Positions 53,316 to 63,194 of a stretch of DNA of 64,000 bases are shown here, in pieces (within the stretch, counting starts at the first letter, position 1; each line of letters opens with the position of its first letter). The notes beneath the pieces were generated by a model, which saw only the letters and a program-made list of their open reading frames with translations, ran no database searches and was not told the origin of the DNA. Both the position numbers and the translations under genes were made by a program. The stretch covers positions 64,001 to 128,000 of the forward strand of contig CAVYBU010000017.1 of NCBI GenBank assembly GCA_963766735.1, read 5' to 3'. The stretch comes from an uncultured Chloroflexia bacterium (GTDB lineage Bacteria; Chloroflexota; Limnocylindria; Limnocylindrales; CSP1-4).

Positions 53316-54067
53316 GCCGGCGCCGTCGTCGACGCTGGCGTTGCCGCAGAGGTCGCCGCCGCTGCGGCGGCGCGGTCCGGTCGCAGGTTGAGCAGGTCCG
53401 GGCGGGTCGTCGCGATGAAGGCGAGGGCAGCGCCCGTGATGAGCGCCTCGCCGATGCCGATGAAGGCGTGGACGCCGAGCATCGCCGGCAGCACGATCTC
53501 GGCCGGGCTGGTGCCGGAGACGATCAGCTGCAGGGACATTGCCAGCGCTGCAGCCATGACAGATAGCCACCCGGCGACGGCCGCGGCGGGGATCCGGCCC
53601 CGGTTCTCACCCCCGAGGACCTTCGCCAGCGCGAGGTACACCGCGAATCCACCCAGCGTGCCGATCACGCCCATGTTGAAGATGTTGGCGCCCATCACCA
53701 CCAGCCCTCCGTCGGAGAAGACCAGCGCCTGCACGGCCACCACGCAGGCCATCACCAGGGTCGCCGCCCACGGTCCCAGGAGCACGGCCGCCAGGACCCC
53801 GCCCAGGAGGTGCCCCGACGTCCCACCGGCAACCTGGAAGTTGAACATCTGCGCCGCGAAGATGAACGCGGCCATCACGCCCATCAGCGGGATCGATCTC
53901 TCATCGAGGGTCCGGTTGGTCCGGCGGACGGCGACCGCGATCACGATGGCGGTCACCACCCAGAAGGCGATCGAAACGGGCACGCTGAGGAACCGGTCCG
54001 CGGCGTGGAGCGCGGGCGTTGAACCGGTCACCGAAAGGGGCGCGGCGGCGATCGAGTAGAAGTCCAT
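53312..54067 (-). CDS. cbiM: Ni/Co ECF transporter S component (CbiM/NikM)
   Basis: AAFIFAAQMFNF, GGTSGHLLGG, QAL.F.DGG....GAN..NM, H..IGIGEALIT. Confidence 0.93.
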   Translation of the reverse strand: MDFYSIAAAPLSVTGSTPALHAADRFLSVPVSIAFWVVTAIVIAVAVRRTNRTLDERSIPLMGVMAAFIFAAQMFNFQVAGGTSGHLLGGVLAAVLLGPWAATLVMACVVAVQALVFSDGGLVVMGANIFNMGVIGTLGGFAVYLALAKVLGGENRGRIPAAAVAGWLSVMAAALAMSLQLIVSGTSPAEIVLPAMLGVHAFIGIGEALITGAALAFIATTRPDLLNLRPDRAAAAAATSAATPASTTAPA

Positions 54068-54138
54068 TGGCCAGGGGCTCCGGGTGTGCGCGGTCGGCGC
54101 TGGGGACGGGCCCAAATCCTATTCGCATGACGTTGCTC

Positions 54139-54154
54139 TTGCAAGTGGTTGCAA
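54139..54154. promoter_or_regulatory. Nur-box-like inverted repeat TTGCAA-GTGG-TTGCAA
   Basis: Between divergent cbiM and nur; resembles the Streptomyces Nur box (tTGCaa-N5-ttGCAA) but with N4. Confidence 0.65.
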
Positions 54155-54185
54155 CAAAGCGTCGACCCACCTCATACTCGGCTCG

Positions 54186-54680
54186 ATGCGCGCCCCTGGT
54201 TCATACCCCGCCACGACCGACCGCGCGGAGCCGTCCCCCTGGGCCGGCCTCCGCGAGCGCCTGCACGCAGGGGGTCTGCGCTGGACGCCCCAGCGGCGCG
54301 TCCTCGTGGAGGTCCTGTCGCAGAGCAACGGCCACGTGACCGGCGCGGAGCTCGTGGAACGCTGCCGGGCTGTGGACCCGGCGACCACGCCGTCGACCGT
54401 GTACCGCACGCTCGACGTCCTCGAGAAGCTCGGCATCGTCCGGCACGCCCACGGCGCGGCCGGGCGCGAGGAGTTCCACGTTCTCCCGGACGCGGACCAC
54501 GGGCACCTGCACTGCCGCGGCTGCCGCCAGACGTGGGAGATCGGCGCGGACGAGGCGACGTCGCTGGTCGCGGCCCTCCAGGCGGACCGGGGCTTCCGGG
54601 TGGATCTCTCGCATCTCTCGGTGTCCGGCCTCTGCCGTGAGTGCTCGGCAGCCGACGAGACCGAGGCGCGCCTCCCCTGA
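54186..54680 (+). CDS. nur: Fur family regulator, Nur-like (nickel uptake regulator)
   Basis: TPQRR, STVYRTL..LE.LG.VRHAH, H.HLHCRGC, HLSVSGLCREC; divergent from the Ni ECF operon. Confidence 0.8.
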   Translation: MRAPGSYPATTDRAEPSPWAGLRERLHAGGLRWTPQRRVLVEVLSQSNGHVTGAELVERCRAVDPATTPSTVYRTLDVLEKLGIVRHAHGAAGREEFHVLPDADHGHLHCRGCRQTWEIGADEATSLVAALQADRGFRVDLSHLSVSGLCRECSAADETEARLP

Positions 54681-54862
54681 CGCCCGGCCGGGCAGTCGCC
54701 AGGGCTTCGCGCGGTGGACTGCCGCCTCGATCCGCCCCACCGTCATGAGCTCGCCGGCGATGACCGGCTCCAGCTCGGTCGGGTCTCCGGCCGAGGCGTC
54801 CACCAGACGCCTCGAGACAGATCCGGCGAACCCGCCGACCCCGACGGGGACTGTCTCGATGC

Positions 54863-55642
54863 CTACTCCGGCGTCGGAACGCCGAGGATGTTGAATCCGC
54901 CGTCAACGTAGATGATCTCGCCGGTCACGGCAGAGGAGAGATCAGAGCCGAGATACAGCGCGGTCCTGCCCACGTCCTCGATGGTGATGTGGGCACGGAG
55001 CGGGGCGATCTCGTTGAACGGACCGTGGAGCTTGCGGAAGCCCGCTATGCCACCCGCCGACAGCGTGCGGATGGGGCCTGCGGAGATGGCATTGACACGG
55101 ATCCCCTCCGGACCCAGGTCCGCGGCGAGATACCGGACGGACGCCTCGAGCGCAGCCTTGGCGACGCCCATGACGTTGTAGTGGGTGACGACCTTCTCGG
55201 CACCGTAGTAGCTGAGCGTCATCACGGAGCTGCCGCGGTGCAGGTAGGGGCGTGCCTCCCGGGTGAGGGCGACCAGCGAGTAGGCAGACACGTCCAGCGC
55301 CAGCGCGAACCCATCCCGCGACGTCTCCACGAAGGAGCCGTCCAGGTCCTCTCGCTTGGCGTAGGCGACCGCGTGGACGAGGATGTCGATCTCGCCGTGG
55401 ATCGCGGCCCACTTCTCCATCACTGCACGGATCTGCTCGTCGGACTGCAGGTCCGCAGCCTCGACAAAGGTGCTGCCGATGGACTCCGCCAGCGGGCGGA
55501 CGCGGCGCTCGATCAGGCTCTCCACTGACGAGAAGCCGACGATGGCGCCCTCGTCGTGGAACGCCTTCGCGATCCCCCACGCGATGCTGTGGTCGTTTGC
55601 GACCCCGAACACGAGCGCCCTGCGCCCTTCGAGCAAACCCAT
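54863..55642 (-). CDS. fabI: Enoyl-ACP reductase
   Basis: GVANDHSIAWGIA, SAYSL, YNVMGVAKAALE, RVNAISAGPIRTL. Confidence 0.96.
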   Translation of the reverse strand: MGLLEGRRALVFGVANDHSIAWGIAKAFHDEGAIVGFSSVESLIERRVRPLAESIGSTFVEAADLQSDEQIRAVMEKWAAIHGEIDILVHAVAYAKREDLDGSFVETSRDGFALALDVSAYSLVALTREARPYLHRGSSVMTLSYYGAEKVVTHYNVMGVAKAALEASVRYLAADLGPEGIRVNAISAGPIRTLSAGGIAGFRKLHGPFNEIAPLRAHITIEDVGRTALYLGSDLSSAVTGEIIYVDGGFNILGVPTPE

Positions 55643-55675
55643 GCGTGGCTCCTCCCTTCCGATACCCTGCGCATG

Positions 55676-56560
55676 ATGCCCCACCTGCCCGCCCCGGACC
55701 CAGGCCTCCGTGCAGCGCTGCACGGGGTCCGGGCGTTGCTGCTGGACATGGACGGGGTCATCGTTCTCAAGGGCGAGGCCGTGGCCGGGTCGGTCGGTGC
55801 CCTGGCCGAGCTGGACCGGCGGGCGTTCCCGTACCTGATGCTGACCAACACCTCGCTCGTGTCGCGCGAGAAGCTGGCGCAGTGGGGGCGGAAACGCGGC
55901 TTCGCCACGTCGGCGGACCGGTTCCAGACCGCGCTGTCCGCTTCGGCGGAGATGGTGCGGCGGGAGTACGGGGACCGGCCCGTCTATGTGATCACGTCGG
56001 ACGATGCGCGGGTCGAGTTCGAGGGCATCAACGTGGTTGACGGTGCCGCTGCCGATGCGGCACCCGCCGAGGTGGCCGCGGTGGTGCTCGGGGACTCGCC
56101 GCACGAGATCACCAAGGCGAACCTGGACCGGGCGTTCCGGCTGGTCCGCGGCGGAGCGGCGCTGATCGGAATGCACCGCAACGCCTGGTGGCTCACGCGC
56201 AAGGGACCGACGCTCGATGCCGGGGCATTCCTGGTGGGCCTGGAATACGCGACTGAGCGGAAGGCGCGGATCGTCGGCAAGCCGTCGCCGGCCAGCTTCC
56301 GGCTGGCCTTCGAGCGTGTCGCCGCCGAAGCGCGGGATCGGGGTGAGCCCCGCCTCCTCCGCCGCCAGGTCGCGATGGTGGGGGACGACGTCAACAGCGA
56401 CGTGGGCGGGGCCCAGCGGGTCGGCCTGCGCGGGGTGTTCGTGCGGACCGGCAAGCACGGGGACGCCGAGCTGGCCGCCGCCGCTGCGCGTGCGCGGGGC
56501 GCGGTCGTGCCTGATGCAATCGCGTCGTCGATTGCCGAGGTCGTCGCGGCGCTCGACTGA
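55676..56560 (+). CDS. HAD-IIA family hydrolase (LHPP/NagD-like)
   Basis: DMDGV, LTN, GKPS, MVGDD..SDV.GA, VRTGK; start 55673 or 55676. Confidence 0.9.
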   Translation: MPHLPAPDPGLRAALHGVRALLLDMDGVIVLKGEAVAGSVGALAELDRRAFPYLMLTNTSLVSREKLAQWGRKRGFATSADRFQTALSASAEMVRREYGDRPVYVITSDDARVEFEGINVVDGAAADAAPAEVAAVVLGDSPHEITKANLDRAFRLVRGGAALIGMHRNAWWLTRKGPTLDAGAFLVGLEYATERKARIVGKPSPASFRLAFERVAAEARDRGEPRLLRRQVAMVGDDVNSDVGGAQRVGLRGVFVRTGKHGDAELAAAAARARGAVVPDAIASSIAEVVAALD

Positions 56561-56638
56561 CCCACCGAGAACTCTGTGCCCCGTCGGCCGACCAGCGTCG
56601 CCGCGACACACCCATGTCCATCGCGGCGCCAGGGGCTG

Positions 56639-57283
56639 CTAGGCCTCGCGAACGTCCTCGACCTCGGTGACGGCCGGCGTCAGGGCGGCCACGAGCTCCT
56701 CCCGGGAGACGCCGCTGGCCTTGACCAGCACGCGGCGGTTGGACGGATCGGTGCCGGCGAAGGTGGCCATCGCGATGATGTTGCCGCCGCAATCTGCGAC
56801 CGCACGGGTCAGCTTCGCCATCTCGCCGGGCACGTTCTGGACGAACGCCGTCACGCGCACGCCGGGCTCCCGAGCGCCGAGCAGCTCCAGGAACAGCTTG
56901 AACAGGTCGGTCTCGGTGATGATCCCGACCAGCGATCCGCTCCGGACGACCGGGAGGCCGCCGATCTTGCTGTCCGCCATGATCCGGGCGGCATCCTCGA
57001 GCGGCGTGTCCTCCGTCACGGTGATGACCTTCTTGCTCATCACGTCGCGCAGGGTGATTCTGGACAACAGGTGGGTGAGCTCCCAGGCGCTCAGGCTGGT
57101 GGCCGACGACGGTGACGCGAGCAGGAGGTCCCGGTCCGAGACGATCCCCACGAGCCGGCCGCCCTTGTCCACCACGGGCAGGCGCCTGATCTGCTTCTGC
57201 CTCATCAGGCTGAGCGCCTCGAGGATGGGGAGATCGGGCGCGGCGACGATCGCCTGCCTCGTCATCCGTTCCTTGACGAGCAT
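56639..57283 (-). CDS. CBS-pair + ACT protein (AcuB-like)
   Basis: IRRLPVV, GIVSDRDL..ASPS.ATSLS.WE, GIITETDLF, ACT NVPG. Confidence 0.9.
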   Translation of the reverse strand: MLVKERMTRQAIVAAPDLPILEALSLMRQKQIRRLPVVDKGGRLVGIVSDRDLLLASPSSATSLSAWELTHLLSRITLRDVMSKKVITVTEDTPLEDAARIMADSKIGGLPVVRSGSLVGIITETDLFKLFLELLGAREPGVRVTAFVQNVPGEMAKLTRAVADCGGNIIAMATFAGTDPSNRRVLVKASGVSREELVAALTPAVTEVEDVREA

Positions 57284-57723
57284 CGGTTCCTCCTTGGTTC
57301 TGCGGCCTGGCCGGCTATGACAGACGCGGTACCGGGGCATCCAGCGGTGCGACGAGCCGCGCGGTGACGGGGCGATGCCCGACCGGGGTTGTGCGCGGCC
57401 GGGGGCTGGTCACACCTGCATCATACGAGTGGCTGGGACCGTTCAGGCAAGGAGCGGGCGGCATCGGGTGCGACGCGCGCGGCCGACGTCCTGGCCCTGC
57501 AGGATCAGGCCCCGGCGCTGACCTGACGACCCAGCTGCCCGACCCGCGGTTCTCCGCCCAGGATGGTCGATGTGCGCTCCGCCGGGCCTGAGCGCGGTCG
57601 TCGCCGCGCTAGACTGATCGCGAGGATGCTCCTCTCCCATGGGTGGGCTCCTCGTCCATTGGGACGTGCGCAAATCCGCTGCCCAGGTTCGGACGCGACA
57701 GACACTGCGAGGACGAGCTGACG

Positions 57724-59562
57724 ATGAATGGCTGGACGGGACAGTTCCTTCGGGTCAACCTGACCGACAGGACCCATCGCGTGGAGTCCTTCTCGGAGGA
57801 GTTCGCCAACACCTGGATCGGCGGCCGCGGCTTCGCCGTCAAGATCCTCTACGACGAGCTCGCCCCGGGGATCGATCCCCTCGGGCCGGAGAACAAGCTC
57901 GTCGTGGCCGTCGGCCCCATCTCCGGAGTTCCGGCCCCCAACACCGGCAAGACGATCGTGGCCGCGAAGTCGCCTGCCACCGGCGCATATGGCGACGGGA
58001 ACCTGGGCACGCGGGTCACGGACCAGCTCCGCAAGGCCGGCTACGACGCCCTGATCATCGAGGGCCGGGCGGATGGCCCGACGATGCTCGTGATCCAGGA
58101 CGACGAGGTCACATTCGAGTCGGCCGAAGAGGTCTGGGGCAAGGGCACGATCGCGACCAACGAGTGGATCTACTCGCGGTTCGACAAGGGCGCAGGGGTC
58201 CTCAACATCGGCCCGGCCGGCGAGAACATGGTCAACTTCGCCGTCATTCGCAGCTTCGAGGGACGGTCCGGCGGACGGCCCGGCATGGGCGCCGTCATGG
58301 GCTCCAAGCTGCTCAAGGCCATCGTCGTCAAGGGCACCAAGCCGATCCCGATGGCCTTCCCGGCCAAGATGAAGGAGCTGGGCCGGGACGACCTGCGTGA
58401 GGTCCACCAGATCGACAAGGCGGCCGCCTGGTCCGTCCAGGGCACGACGGGCGTCCTGCCCTGGTGCAACGAGGTCGCGGCGCTCCCGGTCCACAACTTC
58501 CGGGGAACCAGCCACCCGGACGCCTGGCAGGTGGACGGCGAGCGCGTCAACGCTGCCCGCGTCGCCACCTACGGCTGCCCGAACTGCACCATGCGCTGCG
58601 GGATCGCCGTCCTCGACGACGAGGGCCGCGAGTCGGAGCTCGACTACGAGCCGGTCGGCCTGCTCGGCCCGAACCTGGACCTGTACAACCTGCCCGAGGT
58701 TGCGTCGCTCAACTGGCTGTGCGACGACTACGGGCTCGACACGATCTCAGCCGGCGCCGTGCTCAGCTTCTACGCCGACGCCATCGAGCACGGCGCCACC
58801 ACCGGCGATCCACTGTTCGGCAACGTGGGCCGCTTCAAGACGTTGCTCGGGATGATCGCCCGTCGAGAGGGCGAGATCGGCAACCTGCTCGCAAACGGCG
58901 CGCTGCGCGCGGCCCAGGCGTTCGGCCACGGGTCCGAGGACTACGCGATGCAGGTCAAGGGTCTCGAGATCTCGGCCTACAACTGCAAGTTCATCCCGGG
59001 CATGGCCCTCGCCTTCGGCGTCAGCCCCATCGGCGCCCACCACAAGGAGTCCTGGATCATCACCTACGAGGTGAACGAGACACCCCGCGGGTCCTACGGT
59101 CGCGACAAGGCCCAGAAGATCGTCGACCTGCAGCGGATCCGGGGCGGGCTGTTCGAATCGATCATCACCTGCCGTTTCCCGTGGGTCGAGGTCGGCTGGG
59201 GCGTGGAGCACTACCCCACGTACTTCAACACGATCACCGGCAATGACTGGGCGCTTGAGGACTTCTGGCCGATCTCCGACCGGATCTACGCGCTGATCAA
59301 GCTGTTCTGGCTGCGCGAGTACCCGGAGACGGACCGCTCGGCCGACTACCCGCCGGCCGCCTGGTTCGATCCCGCCAACGCCGATACGGAGGGCCCGATC
59401 GCCGGCATGATCCTGGAGCGCGACAAGTACGACAGCCTCCTCCAGCACTACTACGACATCCGCGGCTACGACACGCGCGGCGTGCCGACTCGCGCCACGC
59501 TCGAGAGCCTGGGACTCGAAGCGGAGGCGTCGGCCGCGGAGGCGTACGCCACGCTCCGCTAG
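57724..59562 (+). CDS. Tungsten aldehyde:ferredoxin oxidoreductase family, FOR-like
   Basis: GGRG, KSP.TG.YGDGNLG, GRPGMGAVMGSK, CPNCTMRC, ESELDYE, DDYGLDTIS, IGAHHKE, CRFPWVE. Confidence 0.93.
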   Translation: MNGWTGQFLRVNLTDRTHRVESFSEEFANTWIGGRGFAVKILYDELAPGIDPLGPENKLVVAVGPISGVPAPNTGKTIVAAKSPATGAYGDGNLGTRVTDQLRKAGYDALIIEGRADGPTMLVIQDDEVTFESAEEVWGKGTIATNEWIYSRFDKGAGVLNIGPAGENMVNFAVIRSFEGRSGGRPGMGAVMGSKLLKAIVVKGTKPIPMAFPAKMKELGRDDLREVHQIDKAAAWSVQGTTGVLPWCNEVAALPVHNFRGTSHPDAWQVDGERVNAARVATYGCPNCTMRCGIAVLDDEGRESELDYEPVGLLGPNLDLYNLPEVASLNWLCDDYGLDTISAGAVLSFYADAIEHGATTGDPLFGNVGRFKTLLGMIARREGEIGNLLANGALRAAQAFGHGSEDYAMQVKGLEISAYNCKFIPGMALAFGVSPIGAHHKESWIITYEVNETPRGSYGRDKAQKIVDLQRIRGGLFESIITCRFPWVEVGWGVEHYPTYFNTITGNDWALEDFWPISDRIYALIKLFWLREYPETDRSADYPPAAWFDPANADTEGPIAGMILERDKYDSLLQHYYDIRGYDTRGVPTRATLESLGLEAEASAAEAYATLR

Positions 59563-59564
59563 CC

Positions 59565-59792
59565 GTGAACGTCACGCTCAAGCTGGTCGGTGGGTTCGTC
59601 CACACGGTGGGGTTCAGCCAGAAGGAGCTGGACGTCGAGCCGGGGACGACCGTCGCCGACATCCTGGTGATGATCGGGATCGACCGCACCCGGCCCATGA
59701 TCTTCGCCAGGAACGGGCACGGTGCCAAGCCGGACGAGGAAGTGCAGGCGGGCGACAGGATCCTGGTCTCCCCGATCTTCTCCGGAGGCTGA
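59565..59792 (+). CDS. MoaD/ThiS family sulfur carrier
   Basis: 75 aa, ubiquitin-like size, C-terminal SGG, directly after the AOR gene. Confidence 0.9.
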   Translation: MNVTLKLVGGFVHTVGFSQKELDVEPGTTVADILVMIGIDRTRPMIFARNGHGAKPDEEVQAGDRILVSPIFSGG

Positions 59793-59965
59793 GCGCGGGC
59801 TGCCGGGTCGCGTCGCGCGGGCCGCCGCGTTGCGCCGGTCGGGTTGCCGGCTCGCGCCGGACCCGGGTCGCGCCGGGCCCGGGTCGCGTCGCGCGGGCCG
59901 GATTCGGCGCCGGCGGGTACGCTCCGGGTCGCTCAAACGCGCCGCGTCCCGCCCAGAGGTTCCCG

Positions 59966-61537
59966 ATGACCGCCACACCCCGCCACAAGATCACGTACGC
60001 CACCCTGCGCGCCGACAACGAAGATCTGCACACGCTCTATGAGGCCGGCCTGGAGAAGGCCAGGAGCCGGCTCGGCGCGTACCACCGGAACGTGATCGAC
60101 GGTGTCGAGCGCGACGGCGAGGGCACCTTCGAGGTCCGCTCGCCCATTGACACCGACATCCTCGTCGGCACGTTTGCCAGGGGCACCCGGGCCGACGTGC
60201 GGGACGCCATCGCCGCGGCCCGCCGCGCGCAGCCGGGGTGGTTCCGCCTCGGCTGGGAGAAGCGCCTGGAGATCCTGAAGGCGGCCGCGGAGCTCATCTC
60301 CGAGCGCCAGATGGAGTACGGCGGCATGATGGCCATCGAGGTGGGCAAGACCCGCATCGAGGCCCTGGGCGAGGTCGAGGAGGCGGCCGATCTCATCCGC
60401 TACTACGCGAAGACGGCCGAGGACAACGCCTTCTACGACCACGAGATGGACAACCTGGGTGACCCGGCCGTCCGAACCCGGTCGATCCTCCGCCCGCACG
60501 GCGTGTTCGCAGTGATCGCCCCGTTCAACTTCCCGATGGCCCTGGCCGTCGGCCCGACCTCGGCCGCGATGATGGCCGGCAACACCGTGATCCTCAAGCC
60601 GGCCACCGCGTCGGCCATGACGGCGATATCGATCCTGGAGGCGTACCGCGACGCGGGCGTGCCGGATGGCGTGTTCAACCTGGTCATGGGCCCCGGCGGC
60701 ACCGTCGGCGCCGAGCTCCAGGAGAACCCGGGAATCGACGGCATCGTGTTCACCGGCTCGTACGAGGTCGGCTTCGACATCTTCCGCAACTTCTCGAAGC
60801 GGTACCCGCGGCCGTGCATCGTGGAGATGGGCGGCAAGAACACGGCCATCGTGCTGGGCAGCGCGGACCTCGAGGAGGCGGCCGAGGGCATCATGCGGTC
60901 CGCCTTCGGGTACGGCGGGCAGAAGTGCTCCGCGAACAGCCGCGTCTACGTCGAGAGGCCGGTCCACGATCAGCTGGTCCGGATCCTGGTCGAGAAGACC
61001 GAGAGGCTGGATGTGGGCGACCCGCTGCCGCGGACCGCGTTCTTCGGCCCGATCATCGACCAGGCCGCGGTCGATCGCCACCAGCAGGCAGTCGCCGAGG
61101 CACGCCGCGACGGCGCGGTCTTCACCGGCGGCGAGCGCCTCACCGACGGCGCGCTCGCCCGCGGCTTCTACGTCGAGCCGACGGTCGTGGGCCTGCCCGC
61201 CTCGCACCGGTTGTTCCAGGACGAGCTGTTCGCGCCGTTCACGGCCGTGGCGCCCGTGGACTCGCTCGACGAGGCCCTCGCCCTTTCGAACGACAACGAC
61301 TACGGCCTGACCGCGGGCGTGTACAGCGAGGACCCGGCCGAGGTGCAGCGGTTCCTCGAGGAGATCCACGCCGGCGTGCTGTACGTCAACCGGCGTGCGG
61401 GCGCGACGACGGGCGCCTGGCCGGGGGTGCAGGCATTCGGCGGCTGGAAGGGTTCCGGCTCCACAGGCAAGTCCGGGCTGTCGATGTACTACGTCGCGCA
61501 GTTCCTGCGCGAGCAGAGCCACACCGTCGTCGACTGA
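59966..61537 (+). CDS. Aldehyde dehydrogenase, P5C dehydrogenase-like
   Basis: PFNFP, FTGS, EMGGKN, GQKCSA, ELFAP, YGLT, QAFGGWK.SG. Confidence 0.9.
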   Translation: MTATPRHKITYATLRADNEDLHTLYEAGLEKARSRLGAYHRNVIDGVERDGEGTFEVRSPIDTDILVGTFARGTRADVRDAIAAARRAQPGWFRLGWEKRLEILKAAAELISERQMEYGGMMAIEVGKTRIEALGEVEEAADLIRYYAKTAEDNAFYDHEMDNLGDPAVRTRSILRPHGVFAVIAPFNFPMALAVGPTSAAMMAGNTVILKPATASAMTAISILEAYRDAGVPDGVFNLVMGPGGTVGAELQENPGIDGIVFTGSYEVGFDIFRNFSKRYPRPCIVEMGGKNTAIVLGSADLEEAAEGIMRSAFGYGGQKCSANSRVYVERPVHDQLVRILVEKTERLDVGDPLPRTAFFGPIIDQAAVDRHQQAVAEARRDGAVFTGGERLTDGALARGFYVEPTVVGLPASHRLFQDELFAPFTAVAPVDSLDEALALSNDNDYGLTAGVYSEDPAEVQRFLEEIHAGVLYVNRRAGATTGAWPGVQAFGGWKGSGSTGKSGLSMYYVAQFLREQSHTVVD

Positions 61538-61761
61538 CAGGTGCGGCGCAGGGCCTGCGGGACCTGGCGCTCGCCGGTTGCTGAGCAGGCGATTGACCGT
61601 GCGACCGGTCGCCCGGGACGTATTGCGAATGGGCTCTTCGGACCCCTCGCGCCCGCGTGCCGCTCTGTTATCCTGCTATTCACTCTGCATAGGTTCTATG
61701 CGTTCTGGCTCGCAACCGGCTCGCCGCACCTGACCGCCGACGACACACCCGAGGAGGCCCC

Positions 61762-63120
61762 GTGACCACGCCGCTCCAGGCGCGCCCGATCCCTGACATC
61801 GTGACCGAGCTGCCGGGCCCCAAGGCCCGCGCCCACATCGAGTTCGACCACGCCTGGACGAGTCCCAGCCTCCCCCGCGCCTACCCGATCGTCCCCGTCC
61901 GCGGCCTCGGCTGCGCCGTCGAGGACATCGATGGCAATGTCTTCCTGGATTTCGCCGCCGGGATCGCGGTGAACTCCACCGGTCACAGCCACCCGGACAT
62001 CGTCGCGGCGATCCAGCGCCAGGCCGCCGAGCTCCAGCACTTCTCCGCCAGCGACTTCTACCTGCCGATCTACGCGCAGGCTGCCGCGGAGCTCGCCCGC
62101 ATCGCCCCCATGGCGGGCCCGAAGCGGACCTTCATCGGCAACTCCGGGGCGGAGGTCGTCGAGGCCAGCCTCAAGCTGGCCCGGTACCACACGCGCCGCC
62201 AGAACGTGATCGCCTTCCTCGGCGCGTTCCACGGCCGCACGATGGGCGCCGTCAGCCTGACCGCCAGCAAGGCCAAGTACCACGCCCACTTCGGCCCGCT
62301 GGTCCCCGGCGTCTACCACGTGCCGTACGGCAACGACGGCCTGGACGAGATCGAGACCCGGATCTTCAGGCACCTGATGCCGGCCGACGAGTTCGCCGCG
62401 GTCATCGTGGAGCCGATCCAGGGCGAGGGCGGGTACATCGTTCCCGAGGCTGACTTCCTGCTCCGCCTGCGCGAGCTGTGCGACCGTCACGGGATCCTGC
62501 TCATCGCCGACGAGGTCCAGTCGGGCGCGGGTCGCACCGGCCTGATGTGGGCGATCCAGCACTGGGACGTCGAGCCCGACATCCTGCTCACGGCCAAGGG
62601 CATCGGCTCCGGCATGCCGGTGGGCGCGATGGTCGCGCGGGCCGACGTCATGTCCTGGGGCCCGGGTGCCCACGGCAGCACCTACGGTGGCAACCCCGTC
62701 GCGCTGGCCGCGCTGCTGGAGACAATCCGCCTGCTCGAGAACGGCCTGATCGCCAATGCCGGCATCCGCGGACGCGAGATCCAGGAGGCGCTCCGCCCGC
62801 TGCTCGGACGGTTCCCGGGCATGGTCAAGGACGTCCGAGGCAAGGGCCTGATGATCGGCATCCAGTTCGACTCCGGCGATACCGCCGAGGCCGTCCAGAT
62901 GCAGGCGTTCGATCGAGGGCTCCTGGTCCTCGAGGCCGGTGCCGACGCAGTCCGGATGTCGCCGCCGCTCGTCGTCTCCCAGGCCGAGGCCTCGACAGCG
63001 GTACGGATCTTCACCGAGGCGGTCGCGCACGTCGCCGCCCACCGCGGGGAGGACATCGACGAGGTCCAGGCCGAGATCCGGATGGGCCTTGCGACGGAGG
63101 GCTTCGGCGCAGAGGGCTGA
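61762..63120 (+). CDS. Class III PLP aminotransferase (GABA/5-aminovalerate/ornithine type)
   Basis: DFAAGIAV, NSGAE, AFHGRT, EPIQGEGG, DEVQSG.GRTG, AKG, STYGGNP. Confidence 0.92.
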   Translation: MTTPLQARPIPDIVTELPGPKARAHIEFDHAWTSPSLPRAYPIVPVRGLGCAVEDIDGNVFLDFAAGIAVNSTGHSHPDIVAAIQRQAAELQHFSASDFYLPIYAQAAAELARIAPMAGPKRTFIGNSGAEVVEASLKLARYHTRRQNVIAFLGAFHGRTMGAVSLTASKAKYHAHFGPLVPGVYHVPYGNDGLDEIETRIFRHLMPADEFAAVIVEPIQGEGGYIVPEADFLLRLRELCDRHGILLIADEVQSGAGRTGLMWAIQHWDVEPDILLTAKGIGSGMPVGAMVARADVMSWGPGAHGSTYGGNPVALAALLETIRLLENGLIANAGIRGREIQEALRPLLGRFPGMVKDVRGKGLMIGIQFDSGDTAEAVQMQAFDRGLLVLEAGADAVRMSPPLVVSQAEASTAVRIFTEAVAHVAAHRGEDIDEVQAEIRMGLATEGFGAEG

Positions 63121-63194
63121 TCGGGCACACTCTGCCCATCGGCCCGCCGGAGCGCGGGCGAACGCACATGAGCCCTGGGAGCGGAGGACGATCC

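Noticed and set aside
54681-54803. Minus-strand ORF start MDASAGDPTELEPVIAGELMTVGR
   Set aside because: Runs antisense through nur with no recognisable family or RBS
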